Of a DNA stretch of 64,000 nucleotides, positions 52,599 through 64,000 are shown in pieces (the stretch's first letter is position 1; each line of letters opens with the position of its first letter). Origin of the DNA: Psammoneis japonica (taxonomy: Eukaryota); assembly GCA_008632985.1 (NCBI GenBank), contig QPGO01000010.1:558001-622000 (forward strand). The letters run 5' to 3'. A program made the position numbers and the translations under genes. The notes under the pieces were generated by a model. That model did no database searches, was not told the DNA's origin, and saw nothing but the letters and a program-made list of their open reading frames with translations.

Positions 52599-52986
52599 TC
52601 TTTTCTGTGTTGCGTACGTACCAACGAAATGTACCGTAGAGATGAAAAATGAGCTTCGAAGCAAAACTCTCTAGCTAGGTTGCTGCTGCTCTGCTGGCAA
52701 CAGTGATGTGGATGAAATATTGGTGTTTGTTCTGATGACAGATATGATGATGAGGTGACAGTGTGACGTTCCAACGTTCAACGACACTTGCGATGATCGA
52801 TGATGTCTTCGTGATGTTTTCTTTTTTTACTTTACGTTTTTTGTCGCGTGACGCGTGACGAGTGGCGTGACGCGACGCTGACGCGAGCTTCATTTCATTC
52901 GTTGCTCGATCGAACTGATCAAAGCAATTACGCCGGTGTGGCTGTCTGTGTGTCGAGTGTGTTGTGCCCTTTCAGGCAAGCTTTTG

Positions 52987-54600
52987 GGCTCTTCGTCTCA
53001 TTTCTAAATCTTTGACTGCCAGACATTTAAAAGCACACTAACACATCCACTGAATGTTGGTGGTGTAGCCCTCTGTCGGCTAACAAACCCCAGCTGAAAG
53101 CTCGGCCACCAGTTGGGCTAGAACCCCAGTTAGATTCGGTTGCATTGGCCCACAGGCACACCAGTGTGATTTAAACAGAACCCGGGCCCACGCCGCATGA
53201 GTTCGAATCACCAGCCTCTGCAGCTCCAGCCGATGCAACAGCATGGAAGAGCAACAGAGTTGCTCCAACGAGGTCCAAGCATGAGCTGCTGGCCACGACA
53301 CCCTTGCATCTGTGGCGTCTCAACCAGGTGGGTGGGAGGGAAAGAAACAACAGCCAAAGGCTTGAATCCTTCAAAAGCCGTGACAAACAATGTGCAATTG
53401 CAGATGTTGCGGAGGATCTTCACGCAGTTTTGAAGGTGCAACTTTTTATGAGACATGTCAGAGTGAAATGGAGGGAGAGCGAACAAGTGTTTCTGAAACG
53501 AGAAACGAGTCACTTTTGCAGTGGGAATCACTTTTGCAGTGGGAAGAGTGATTCGAACCCCGACAACTGCTGACACACCTTGACATTCTCGTTTTCCAAA
53601 AAGGGCTCTCCCTTTGCTTCTCATCCCAAATGCTGTAAAGTGTTGTGCTTGTCATTTGACAAGAGAATTCAACAAAAACAATCGCCGCAACAAACCGCGC
53701 GACTGAGACATAGAGTCAGTGAAAAATGTCCAGCCGCAGTCCACGATCAAGATGCTCGACTCAGTGCCTGGTGAAGCCAAAGGTGCAGATTGGCTCTTTG
53801 TCTCATTTCCAAATCTTGGGCTGCTGGACATTTAAAAGCACACCAACACATCTGCTGAATGTTGGTGGTGTGGCCCTCTGTCGGCTGACAAACCCTGGCC
53901 GAAAGCTCGGCCACCAGTGAGGCTAGAACCCCAGTTAGATTCGGCTGTGTTGGCCCATCAAGAACAGGCGCTAGTGATTTTAATGGAACCTGGGCCCATG
54001 CCACATGAGTTCAAATCACCAGCCTCTTCAGCTCCAGCCAATGCAATGGCGCAGAAGAGCAACAGAGTTGCTCGAAGAGCCAAGATGCAACCGACGAGGT
54101 CCAAGCACAAGCTGCTGGCCACGACACCCTTGCATCCATGGCATCTCAACCGGGTGGGTGGGAGGGAAAGAAAAAACAACCAAAGGCTTGAATCCTTCAA
54201 AAGCCATGACAAGACAATGTGCAATTGCAGATGTTGCAGAGGATCTTCACGCAGTTTCGAAGGTGCAACTTTTTATGAGATGATGTCAGAGTGAAACGGA
54301 GGGAGAGCGAACAAGTGTTTCTGAAACGAGGAACGAATCACTTTTGCAGTGGGAAGAGTGATTCGAACTCCGACAATTGTTGATGCCTTGACATTCTTGT
54401 TTTCCAAAAAGGGCTCTCCCTTTGCTTCTCATCCCAAATTGCTGTAAAGTGTTGTGCTTGTTGTTTGATGAGAGAATTCAACAAAAACAATCACCGCAAC
54501 AAACCGCATGACTGAGACATGAGTCAGTGACAAATGTCCAGTCGCAGTCCACGATCAAGATGCTCGACTCAGTGCCTGGTGAACCCGAAGGCACAGATTG
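52987..54600. repeat. Tandem duplication of about 805 bp
   Basis: Copy 1 spans about 52987-53791 and copy 2 about 53792-54600. They are collinear along their length and differ mostly by transitions. Confidence 0.92.
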
Positions 54601-55459
54601 CGCTTGTTGGTGGTTCAGGAGGGGGAAATTTGACTTTCAGCACATGCAAGAAGGCAAATGCTGCCGCTTGTTGTCTTTTTGTGACAGCCCATCTCTGGAA
54701 AAGTTGTGTGTGCCTTGTTCTTCCATGCACCTGCTCACAAGGCAAAAGACAACCCCAAGAAATTGTTGTTGGCAGCACCAGGACAAGAACCAAAACCACA
54801 AAAAAAGTTCACACAACTGCCTTTGGATGACTGTGCTGGTGCAGCTCCACAATGTTTTCACCATGGCTTGCCCTTGGGGTCAATGTGGGCTGCCAGAGCA
54901 GCACTCTCCAGCAAATGAATGACTGTCTTTGGCTTGCTGGCTGTGCCAGCTAGCTTGGCACACCCTGCATGGAAGAAGAGAGAAAGAAAGCCAGCAGCTG
55001 AGAAGGAGACATCATCCATGCACATTCTCAATGCTTCTTCTGAAGCAAGAAGAAGGCAGAAATGGGGCAACAATGAACACTTGGTTTGGCATGATCTCAG
55101 GCAGCCAATGGACTGACATGCTGCACACAAGCTTTTTGTTTGCCATTCACAGCTTTGGCACCAGGCAAACGAGTCTTCCTGCTGATGAGCAGAAAAGCTG
55201 GTGCTCCTGCAATGTTTTGCCAGCACCCACTCCATGTTGTTGCCCACTCTGCACGATCCTGTCTGGAATCTAGAGCCAGAAAGGAAATTTCAAATGTGGC
55301 GCCACTTTCACCCCCATGCCTTGCTGAAGCTGTGGGTTGTGGTGATTCTCCCCATGTCTTTCTCCATGATCTGTTTGTTCTTGGCTGCTGTGCCCCAGCA
55401 GTGGTTTGGAACATTGTCAAGATCCAGCCCCGCACAGCACTCAGGAATGCAGGAACATC

Positions 55460-56700
55460 AACAGCAGTGCAACTGCAGTGGATTTTTGATCATGCACTCT
55501 GTGATGGCCAAAAACTTCTCTTGATTGTAGCAGAAGTGACTGGAAGCACTGCTGACAGCTTTGTGCACTGACACAAGATCTCCATTGACTTTTTGGAGCA
55601 GTTTGGACAGATTGTCCAGCAGGGTGCAACACCTTGCAGCACACAACAAGATGGAACACAAGCTGAAACATTGCTGTCTTTTCCTGCAACTTGGAGCTTT
55701 CCCCAACACTTCCACCTTTGTGCCTTTGTTGCCAATTGTTGAGTCCAGCATGAAATGCACAAGATCATGGCAGTCAAAGCCATGCATTCCCTGCAACTTG
55801 AGTGCATGTCAGAGAAAGCCACAAGACCTCCCTCAATGAATTTTTTGCATTTGGCTTCTGAGGATTTCTTGCAGAGCTCCTTCATGAAATTTGCAAGAGC
55901 GTCATGCTGCATTGCTGAGCCACCCAGCCACAAGGTTTCAAATGTCCAGTCACAATGCAGAGAACATGTCATCAAGCAATGAGGGAACTTTTGAGAGTGC
56001 CTGGCTTTGCACAATCTGCAATGCAATCCATGCCATGATGCTCCTCTCAAGTGTGAACCCATTCTGACAAATGAGCGCCAATTGAGATCTGCTCATGCAT
56101 GGCAATGTCCTCAGCACACTCATCAACCTGTCATCAAACAAAACAATGATTGACTTGCAGGTCTTGTGAAATGATGGAGGCAGATCTTGGAAGTTGAAGT
56201 TTCCTGTTTTCACTCAAGACAATGTGGAACAAATCACACCTGGCAGATTGCACCCAGATGCTCATGGACTCAAACTGTGTGCTTGGCACCTTTCTGTGTG
56301 CACAACTCATCTCATCGTGTAAGATCCTTTGCCATTGGTTCTGTTCAATGACAAGCCATGGTGAGCTGGACAATGCAGTGCTCATGAAAGTGGTGTCCAG
56401 AACTCAGCATGCTGTGATGTCAACAAAGCTCTGCTCTCTGCTGGCAGCTCTCTTCTGTGAGTGCATTGTTCACAAACAGTGATTTGGCAGAGTCTTTGTG
56501 ATGACTCTCTGTCAGGTGAATTTGAAGGGGGGGCAGCATTTGAAGCTCAGTGAGTGCAAGTCACCACTTCAATGCAACAGAGGACATCATGACAGCTCCA
56601 TTTTTGGCAGTTTCTTAACTTTTGCTGGCATCAACATGAGCCATTGTCCTGTCTCCCCATGGCTGCTTTGGAACACTGGGGACATGGCCTGAGCTCATTG
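55460..56700 (-). mobile_element. Eroded hAT-like transposase remnant, copy A
   Basis: 'LSAVLPVTSATIKRSF' matches the hAT dimerisation-domain pattern 'LPVTSA..ERSFS'. 'IEGGLVAF' is shared with copies B and C. Confidence 0.6.
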
Positions 56701-56849
56701 TCAACAATGAATCTTCACTCAAAGGACTTGAAGAGCATGATGACCAGCGGACATGTTGGGTGATGCCACAGACACCTTGAAAAACATGATGACATCAGTG
56801 GCATCATGTTGGGCAATGCTGCAGATGCCTCAGGGTCTTGAGGAGCATC

Positions 56850-58700
56850 AACAGCTTTTGCATCATTCACGGCTGTTGGCAAGTTGCTTGTGGCTTCATG
56901 AGAGTTGGCTTTTGCACCACTTGAGCACAACTGACAATTTTGAGAACTGTGTGCACTTTCTCCTTGTGTCCATGGATCAATGGTTGTCCGCAGAAGTAAA
57001 ATGATTGCCGTGAGTTGCACAAAAACAATGAGTGGGTTCATTGCCTGGTTGACAGTCACCAGCTTTGTCCACCAAAATTGAAGCAACTGGTTCAACCACC
57101 AGGCCTTGGTTGCAAGTGCCATGAATGTGACAACATGACCAATGAAGAAAAACCAAGGTGTCATCATGCATGTTGTGTCAAGCTGACTGTCGGCCTCCAA
57201 CCCTCTGGCATTTCATCCCAAAACAGAGTGTGAAAATGGCCAAGTTTGTGATGAGTGAACCCATGCACAAAGGAAAGAGAAACAATGATTTGGCTTTCAG
57301 GAGGGTGACTTTGGACCCTCCAAAATTGAGAATCAATGCAAGGGCACAAACTGACAGGAAACCAGTGTGACTGCAAATGTTGAAAGTCCAAACACTCAAA
57401 CACCCTGTGAGACAGGAAGTTGTTCCAGATGCCAAGGAGCATCACACACCAGACTTCTGGCTGCAGCCATTCCTGTTGGCAAAAGAGGTCCCTTCAACTC
57501 TTCATTGATTGTCGACAATTGTTGCCACTCTCAGTGGTGGAAACAAGCTTGGGGCAGTGAAAGTTTGCATTCCACCTTGGGCCATTGTCTGACCCTGGAC
57601 ATTGCACAGGTCAACTGAAATGTCATCTGGACAAGCATGACAGTGCTCTTCCTCATCAAATCTTGTGTGACCTGATGCACCTTGAAAGCTCAAATTTATC
57701 ATGCCAGCAAGCATTCTTTCATCAAGGCCAATTTTGGTGGAATCCATTTCTTGGTCCAGCTTTGCATCCTCCAATGCAAAGTGTTGTTGCAGCATCGCAA
57801 GTGAATGATGTCAAGGTGTTTGGTTTGTTCTCTGTGAAAGCAATCACCAGTTGCCTGAAAGAAGCATGCATCATTGCCTGCCAGTGAAGAGCAAAGAACA
57901 TTGAGAAAATCTGCAAAGTTGATGCCCTGATCTCTTTGAGCTTTGAGGAAAGGGTCGCTGTGTTTTGCTGGCCAAAGCTGATCCATCTGGTCAAACACAA
58001 ACAATGCATTTGTCAACAGCTTGTCTGAGGAAGATCCTTCCTCTGCCTTGCCAAATGAGTTGTCAAGTTGATGGTCTGCAGGAAAAGCTGCAGGAGGTGA
58101 GATGATGCAGAGGTGGTCTTCTCCGAGTGGGCCCTGCTCATTGATCACTTCAGTCATGCTCTTCAACACTTTCAGATCCACCAAAGGTTTGTTGCCACAA
58201 CCACACTTGCATCTCTTCCCTCTTTTCAAAGGCTTGCACAACAAAGTTAGAGCCCTCATCTGCAGCTCCAACAAGTTCTTTCCCCCCTCTTTTGTTGAAG
58301 AATCTTTGTCATCACCTTTGCTTTGGCTTTTGATGTCTTGATCACTGACAAATTTTTGTCAAGAAGCTCTGCAGCACAAGCATGGAACAAGTGGTTGATT
58401 CTTTCAAGTGCCCCAATGAATGATGCCCACAAATGGGATCCTGTCTAGAGTCTCACAGAGCCAGGGCACCACAGTGCAAGTGAAGCAAGCACCCTCACAC
58501 ACCATGTGACCCAAAAGAGCACTGTCTCTCCCATGATCAGGGGATGGGATGAGCAAGGAAACTGCAGCGCAAAAAAAAACCAAATTTGGCACTGTTTTCA
58601 CCCCTGTTCCATGCTGCCAGTGAAACGTGATTGTCGGGGCTCTCTGCTCATCTCCCATCCTTTTGTTGCAGTGCACCTTGTCAAGAAGATCCAGCTCTGT
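56850..58700 (-). pseudogene. Hypermutated class C (GABA-B-like) GPCR gene remnant
   Basis: Fragments 'FQGASGHTRFD', 'LFLFPLCMGSLITNLAIFTL' and 'LDTTCMMTPWFFFIGHVVTFMALATKAWWLNQLLQF...TIDPWT' resemble diatom 7tm_3 receptors. Frameshifted and Tyr-free. Confidence 0.75.
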
Positions 58701-58759
58701 GCAGATGCAGGAAAATCAAGAACAGCACATCGAGTTGCTCCTGTGACATTTGTGACCAC

Positions 58760-59880
58760 AGTTGGTTTTTGATGCCTTTTGTGGTCGAAAAGCTTTTCTC
58801 AATTCTTGTGACAGAAAAAACTGGAAGCACAGGCATTGTGCTCAGTGCCCTTTCAGGCAAGCTTTTGTTGGTGCCACTGCAGTTGGTGGATTGGGTTTGC
58901 ACAATCCTTCTCAATGGAGCTGCTTGTGGGGAAATTTGACTTTCAGCATGTGCAAAAAGGCAGTGCTGCCACTTGACAGCCCATCTCTGGAAAAGTTGTG
59001 TGTGCCAAGGATTGAGTCCTGCATGAAATGTGTGGGATCATGGCAGTCAAAGCCGCTCTCCATGACTCAAGTGTTGCAGCTCCAGAAAATGTTAGAAAAA
59101 GCTGCAAGACCTCCCTCAATGAGCCCTTTCTTGCACCTGGCTTCTGGGCACTGAGGATTCCTTGTTGCACACAGAGCTCCTTCATGAAATCTGCAAAGAC
59201 AGTGTGCTGCATTGCTGAGCCAGCCAACCCAAGGTTTCAAATGGTTCACAATGCAGAGAGCAAGGGAACTTTCTCCACAGCCTTTTCAACCACCAAGTTC
59301 AGTTGCTTCACTGTGCAGTGTGAACAGAATGCCTGGGGCAAAATCTGACTCATGAGCACCTGAAGTCCACATGTGTCCCCAACATGTTGGGTGCACCATC
59401 ACAGTCCTGATCATGCATTTGCAGCTTGAGAGATCTGTCACACTGATGCCACATTTTTTGTTGAGGAGGAAAGCAACAATGGTGCTCTGGCATTCTCAAG
59501 GCAGAGTGCCCGACTTTGCATCTGTGACACAAACCATGCCAAGATGCTCCTCTCCAGTGTCACCCTGTTCTTGGCACAATGAGCACCTGTTGACATCTGC
59601 CCATGTTTGTCATGCATTGCAGACAGAATCTCAAACATCAGCCTTTGCCCCTGTCTGCATCAGATCTCCAAAAGCCTGCATCAATGGAATGCAGAGAGTG
59701 GAGTGCTCATTGTCCATTTCTGCTGTGAACTCAAACAGCTCCATTTCTTGTCACATGGGTTGGGTGACCAACCAAGATTGCTGTGCACATCATGTTTTCT
59801 CTGCTTGCCATGACTGCAGTTTCAATGGCATGGTGTGGAGGTTTTTTGGCAATGTGCTGCAATGCTTTGAGGGAAAAGAG
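58760..59880 (-). mobile_element. Eroded hAT-like transposase remnant, copy B
   Basis: Nucleotide similarity to 55740-56100 and 60150-60900, e.g. 'gatcatggcagtcaaagcc' and 'caagacctccctcaatg'. Its end also matches 52965-52985 and 54620-54715. Confidence 0.55.
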
Positions 59881-59939
59881 TGAGCAGAAAATCAGACATT
59901 CCATAAAAAACAGAAGCAATCTTTTCTCATTTGATCTTG

Positions 59940-61300
59940 TTGAACCATGAAAATGATCACAAAATGTCCCTGTTGACTTTTTGAAGCAGTTTGGATGGGT
60001 TGTCCCAGTGTTGGTGGGTGCAAGAACACCTCACAGCAAACAACAAGTTGATGGTGGAGCACCAGCTGAAGCATTGCCATCCATTCTTCCTGCCAACCCA
60101 AAGCTTTTCCCACTGCTTCAGTCTTCATGCCTTCATTGTCAACAGTTGAGTGTGCAGTGTGAAACACATGGGATCATGGCAGTCCAAGCCATTCTCCATG
60201 ACTCAAACGTTGCAGCTCCAGCATGTGTCAGGGAAAGCCACAAGACCTCCCTCAATGGATCCTTTGCACTCAGCTTCTGAGGATTGCTCCTTGTTGAAAT
60301 CCTTCACAAAATTTGCAAAAACAGCGCGCTGCTTTGCAGATCCATCCACAAGGTTTTGGATGGTTTGCAGTGCAGAGAACATGTTGTCAACCAATGATGC
60401 ATTCTTCTCCACAACCTTTGTTCCAACCACCATCAAGATCAGTTGATGATGCACCATGCAGTGTGCACAGAATGCTGAAGACAAAATTCATCTCATGAGT
60501 GCCCAAAGCCCACCTGTGTTCCCCAACGTGTTGGGCACCACACCATTGCAACCACCCTGCAGTGCAGTTGCAGTTTGAGATCCTCTGTCACACTGGCACC
60601 ACATGTGTTGACATTCTGGCATTCTCAAGCGTGTTGGACTTTGCACCTGCAATGCAAGCAATGCCAAGATGTTCCCACTGTCCAGTGATCCCATTCTTGA
60701 CAAAATGAGAACCAACTGACATCTGCTCATGTTTGGTGATGTCCTCACACTTGCTGACAACCACAGCGGCAAAGACAGAAAATTTGCAATGTCAGCATTT
60801 GCCTCTTTCTGCATCAGATCTCCAAAAGCCCAAATCACTTCGTTTCAAACATTGGCGTCAATGCAAAAAGCATTTTTGGGTTGATTGGAGTGCAGAGTTG
60901 AGCGCTTGTTGTTCATTTCTGCTGCAAACTCAAGCAGATCCAAAAAAGTTGCTGTAGCTGGGTGTGTCAGTCCATTCCTGTGGGATGCACCTGCCTTGGT
61001 GCACTGGTGCTGCCAACACTGTCATCAGCATCTTCCTCCTCCTGTGGACCACCAGCATTGCTGTGAGATGAACATCTTGGTGCAAGTGACTCTGACTTGT
61101 TGCTCTTTTGCTGCAAGCAGAAATCTGCTCCAGCACACAGGTGCCTGTGGTCATTTGGCAATGCTGTGCTGACCAAGTTGAGGGGTTCATCAGTCTTGGT
61201 CTTTAGCTCTTTCACAAATTTCTGAGACAGAGTGGTGCCCCTTGTGAAGTTGGCAGGGTTGCAGTGCATGCAAGTTGCTTGTTCATGTCATGAACCTGCT
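59940..61300 (-). mobile_element. Eroded hAT-like transposase remnant, copy C
   Basis: 'IEGGLVAFPDTCWS' is interpretable as the hAT 'TRW' motif after a CGC>TGC change. Collinear with copies A and B. Confidence 0.55.
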
Positions 61301-64000
61301 GGTGCCTCAGCAAAATGCCACAGCTGAACAAGTGCTGGCAGTGTGCTTTGTGCTCATGAGCCTCCTCTTCATCATGAACACTCTCATGATCTCCATGTGC
61401 TCATGGCTGTTGCAGCATTCTTCAAAAACATCACAAGAAATGCTGTTGTGCAAGAAGAAGGAACAACAACCACAACTGCTTCATCAACAAGACTCGCCAG
61501 GACTCGCAGTTGACTCACACAGCACTCATGATCTTGAGCCACAACCATGGCCACTTGAGAGACATGATGAATGGATGCAGCTGTTTTGGCCGCGGTTGCA
61601 AGCCATGCTCTCTCTGGCCAGCTCTGCTGCTGGCAGAGCTGCTCCACTGGCCAGCCACTGCTGCCAGCACTCTAGAGCAGACAGCAGACAGCATGGGCAG
61701 TGCAACTTCATTGGTTTTGGTGGCAAGCATGAACTCCTGTAGAACGCACATGTGGAGCATTGCACCACTCCTGCGAGAAAAAGACATTGTGCTCTGCAGG
61801 TGGCCAGACAGCTCAATCAAAAGATGCACCATGCCGGCACCAATCACCAGCTGTTGTTGCATGCTTTGCAGTTCACTGACAACGTCTTGGCTGGCAAGAC
61901 CTTTCTAAAGCATGACTGCAATGTTGGGCCTGCTCAAGAACGTTCAATGCTTCCTGCCACTGGCTGAGGGACAGCTCCAAGCCACTGACATCTTCCATTG
62001 AAACTCTTCCATGCCAGCTGCAGCTCCATCATGCCAACCAATGCCCGACTCTGCACCATGCCCTGGGGCCCTGCCAACACTGACGCCTCCTCAGACAATG
62101 TGATCAGTGCTGCCAGCCACACCGGGGCCAATGCTTCCACCTGCATGGGAGCCTGCTGCATCCTCCACTGCTGATGCCTTGGCCCACACCGTTCCCCGTT
62201 GCCTGGACTTACGCCATCACCAATCTGGGCAATGAGCCTCTCACTGACGCAACGACACAAGACAGCAAGGGAGATTGGTCACAAACCCCGTCCGTGGTGA
62301 TTCAAATGGGGACGGAAAGTTGGATCCAACCAAAACGTGGGTGCACGAGGCCTGTGGAACCACCAATGAGGGTGTGTCACCTCCTCTGCCAATGCTGCCA
62401 TCCAATGCTTCCACCTCCACTGGATCCAACTGCGTCCAATGCTTCCACCTCCATTTGAGCCGGCTGTGTCCTCCACACCATTGCCGACACTGCAACTCTG
62501 GGTCTCACACGATGGCACCGCACACTCTAGATCCTGCAATGCCTCCTTCACCACCTCCAGCACCCTCAAAGCAGCTGTCTCTCCGCCAGCATTTCCACCC
62601 AAAAGCCACCATTGATGCCTCAACCCACACCATTCCCAACACAAACAACGGCCACTGCATCATCAACCTCCCACCCGTCTCCAAGCCCGCACCTCTGCCT
62701 GTGCCACCATCCACCCCTCCACAATGCCAATGCCAACTCCAACTCCAGGACACACCTGACAAGCCCCCCCTGCCATTCAGCATCCCACACCCCTGCCTGC
62801 TCCAGGTCCTGCAATGCCTCCTTCGACACCACCAACAACATCGCCGTTTTCAGCCTCCACTCCAACAAACGACTGGCACTCGAATCTCGAATCCCAACTT
62901 GCCCCCCACTCTCTGCCCTGCAGAGAGTCCACAGAAATGCCAACACATTGTGAACAGGATTCTAGAGATTCCAAGCAAGCCATGTGCAATGCGACCACTC
63001 TGCGACAACATGGCATGCATGTCAATCTCATCCACGTGTCATGAACAATCAAGAGCCGCTCGACAAAAATCATGTGGAGCTGTCTTTGTTCCACTGAACA
63101 ACACAACAAACTCAAAATTGCGAGCGCTGTTTCCAAAATTCCAGACATCGCCAAAGATGCATCACAAAGCATCTGTTGGCTCAACCCGGGAAAAACCGTG
63201 TGAAGCAAATGCGCACCACATGCATCGGATCTTTTCGCTGCAAAGGCATTGATGCAAGAGGGCACTGCACCAGCCAAATGAACAATGGGCAAGTGCCAGA
63301 TGCTCATGCAACCCTGGAAACCTTCAAAGCACGAATGTTCCAAATCGGCACAGCACACTTGACACAGACAACCAAACAGAAAAGATGAAATGACTTCAAG
63401 ACAACGCCATGCCTCGAGTGCAACAAAGCGCAAGACACACAGTGTGTTGAATGATTGACACATTTTGAGAGTGGAGTGCTTGAGTTCTTCTTGTTCTGCC
63501 ATGGGGTTGCAATTGGCTTGCTTCTGCTCTCTCTCTCTCTCTCTTCTGAAGAATCAGACATCCACACCGGCATCTGTTTGAGCGCTGCTGTCCTCTCTTG
63601 TCTCCTTGTCCTCGCGATCAAGCACACACCCGAACTCAGAAAATTGAGCAGCAATGGCAGGACACATGCAAGGATCTGCAGGAAAAGACACACAGATTGA
63701 AATGATGGTGAGACAATGATTCCCCAAACACAGCAGATGCGCACCACATGGCTTTTCCAATGTGCGGAACGAGTGACTTGCACTTTTGAAAGGAGAACAC
63801 TCGAGTGCTTCCAACTCGTCTTCACCCCAAGGATCGGATGGGATCGCTCATCTTTTGCACAGGTGGTTTCGTTGACAAGGAGGCAATGCTGTGGAGGACC
63901 GCACCGCCGCTTTGAACATCGTGTTGACGGAAAATGCAGAAAAATGCTTTCGATCAGCCAAACGCAGGGCATCACAGTTGGACACGTCACAATTTCAGTA
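61300..64000. repeat. TpA-depleted degenerate sequence of unidentified origin
   Basis: Same composition as the other eroded blocks, with a C-rich segment. No family recognised. Confidence 0.5.

Noticed and set aside
52846..52890. Clustered TGACG motifs as bZIP/aureochrome sites
   Set aside because: Plausible but untestable here, and TA>TG conversion at the block edge could create such motifs.
62275..63252. 325-aa Pro-rich ORF as a real gene
   Set aside because: It is Tyr-free and low-complexity, lies in a stop-depleted block and has no recognisable domain.

Overview
Eukaryotic nuclear DNA, most likely from a pennate diatom: gene-dense, short GT-AG introns, bipartite plastid-targeting presequences and a CoDi-type Ty1/copia element. 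Two gene islands (about 1.9-4.3 kb and 11.4-52.6 kb) hold about 13 genes: CCDC115/VMA22-like, a single-pass membrane protein, CSDE1/UNR-like, pirin, an F-box/LON-N protein, a PCP-like lumenal protein, TEL2, DED1/DDX3, an ARM-like protein, a TADA1-like protein, a PKDCC-like kinase, a USP9/24/34-type deubiquitinase and an ATP-grasp protein. They alternate with repeat-derived blocks (1-1.8, 4.5-11.3, 39.3-41.0 and 52.9-64 kb). The main signal is that these blocks have almost no TpA dinucleotides. The two LTRs of the copia element differ almost only by TA versus TG/CA, and conserved Tyr codons of its polyprotein read as His or Cys. This points to a post-integration, both-strand A-to-G (T-to-C) hypermutation of repeats at TpA, opposite in direction to fungal RIP. 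It appears to act ahead of CpG decay, to spread into flanks, and to have hit hAT transposase copies and a class C GPCR gene. All family assignments come from motif recognition by eye; no searches were run.
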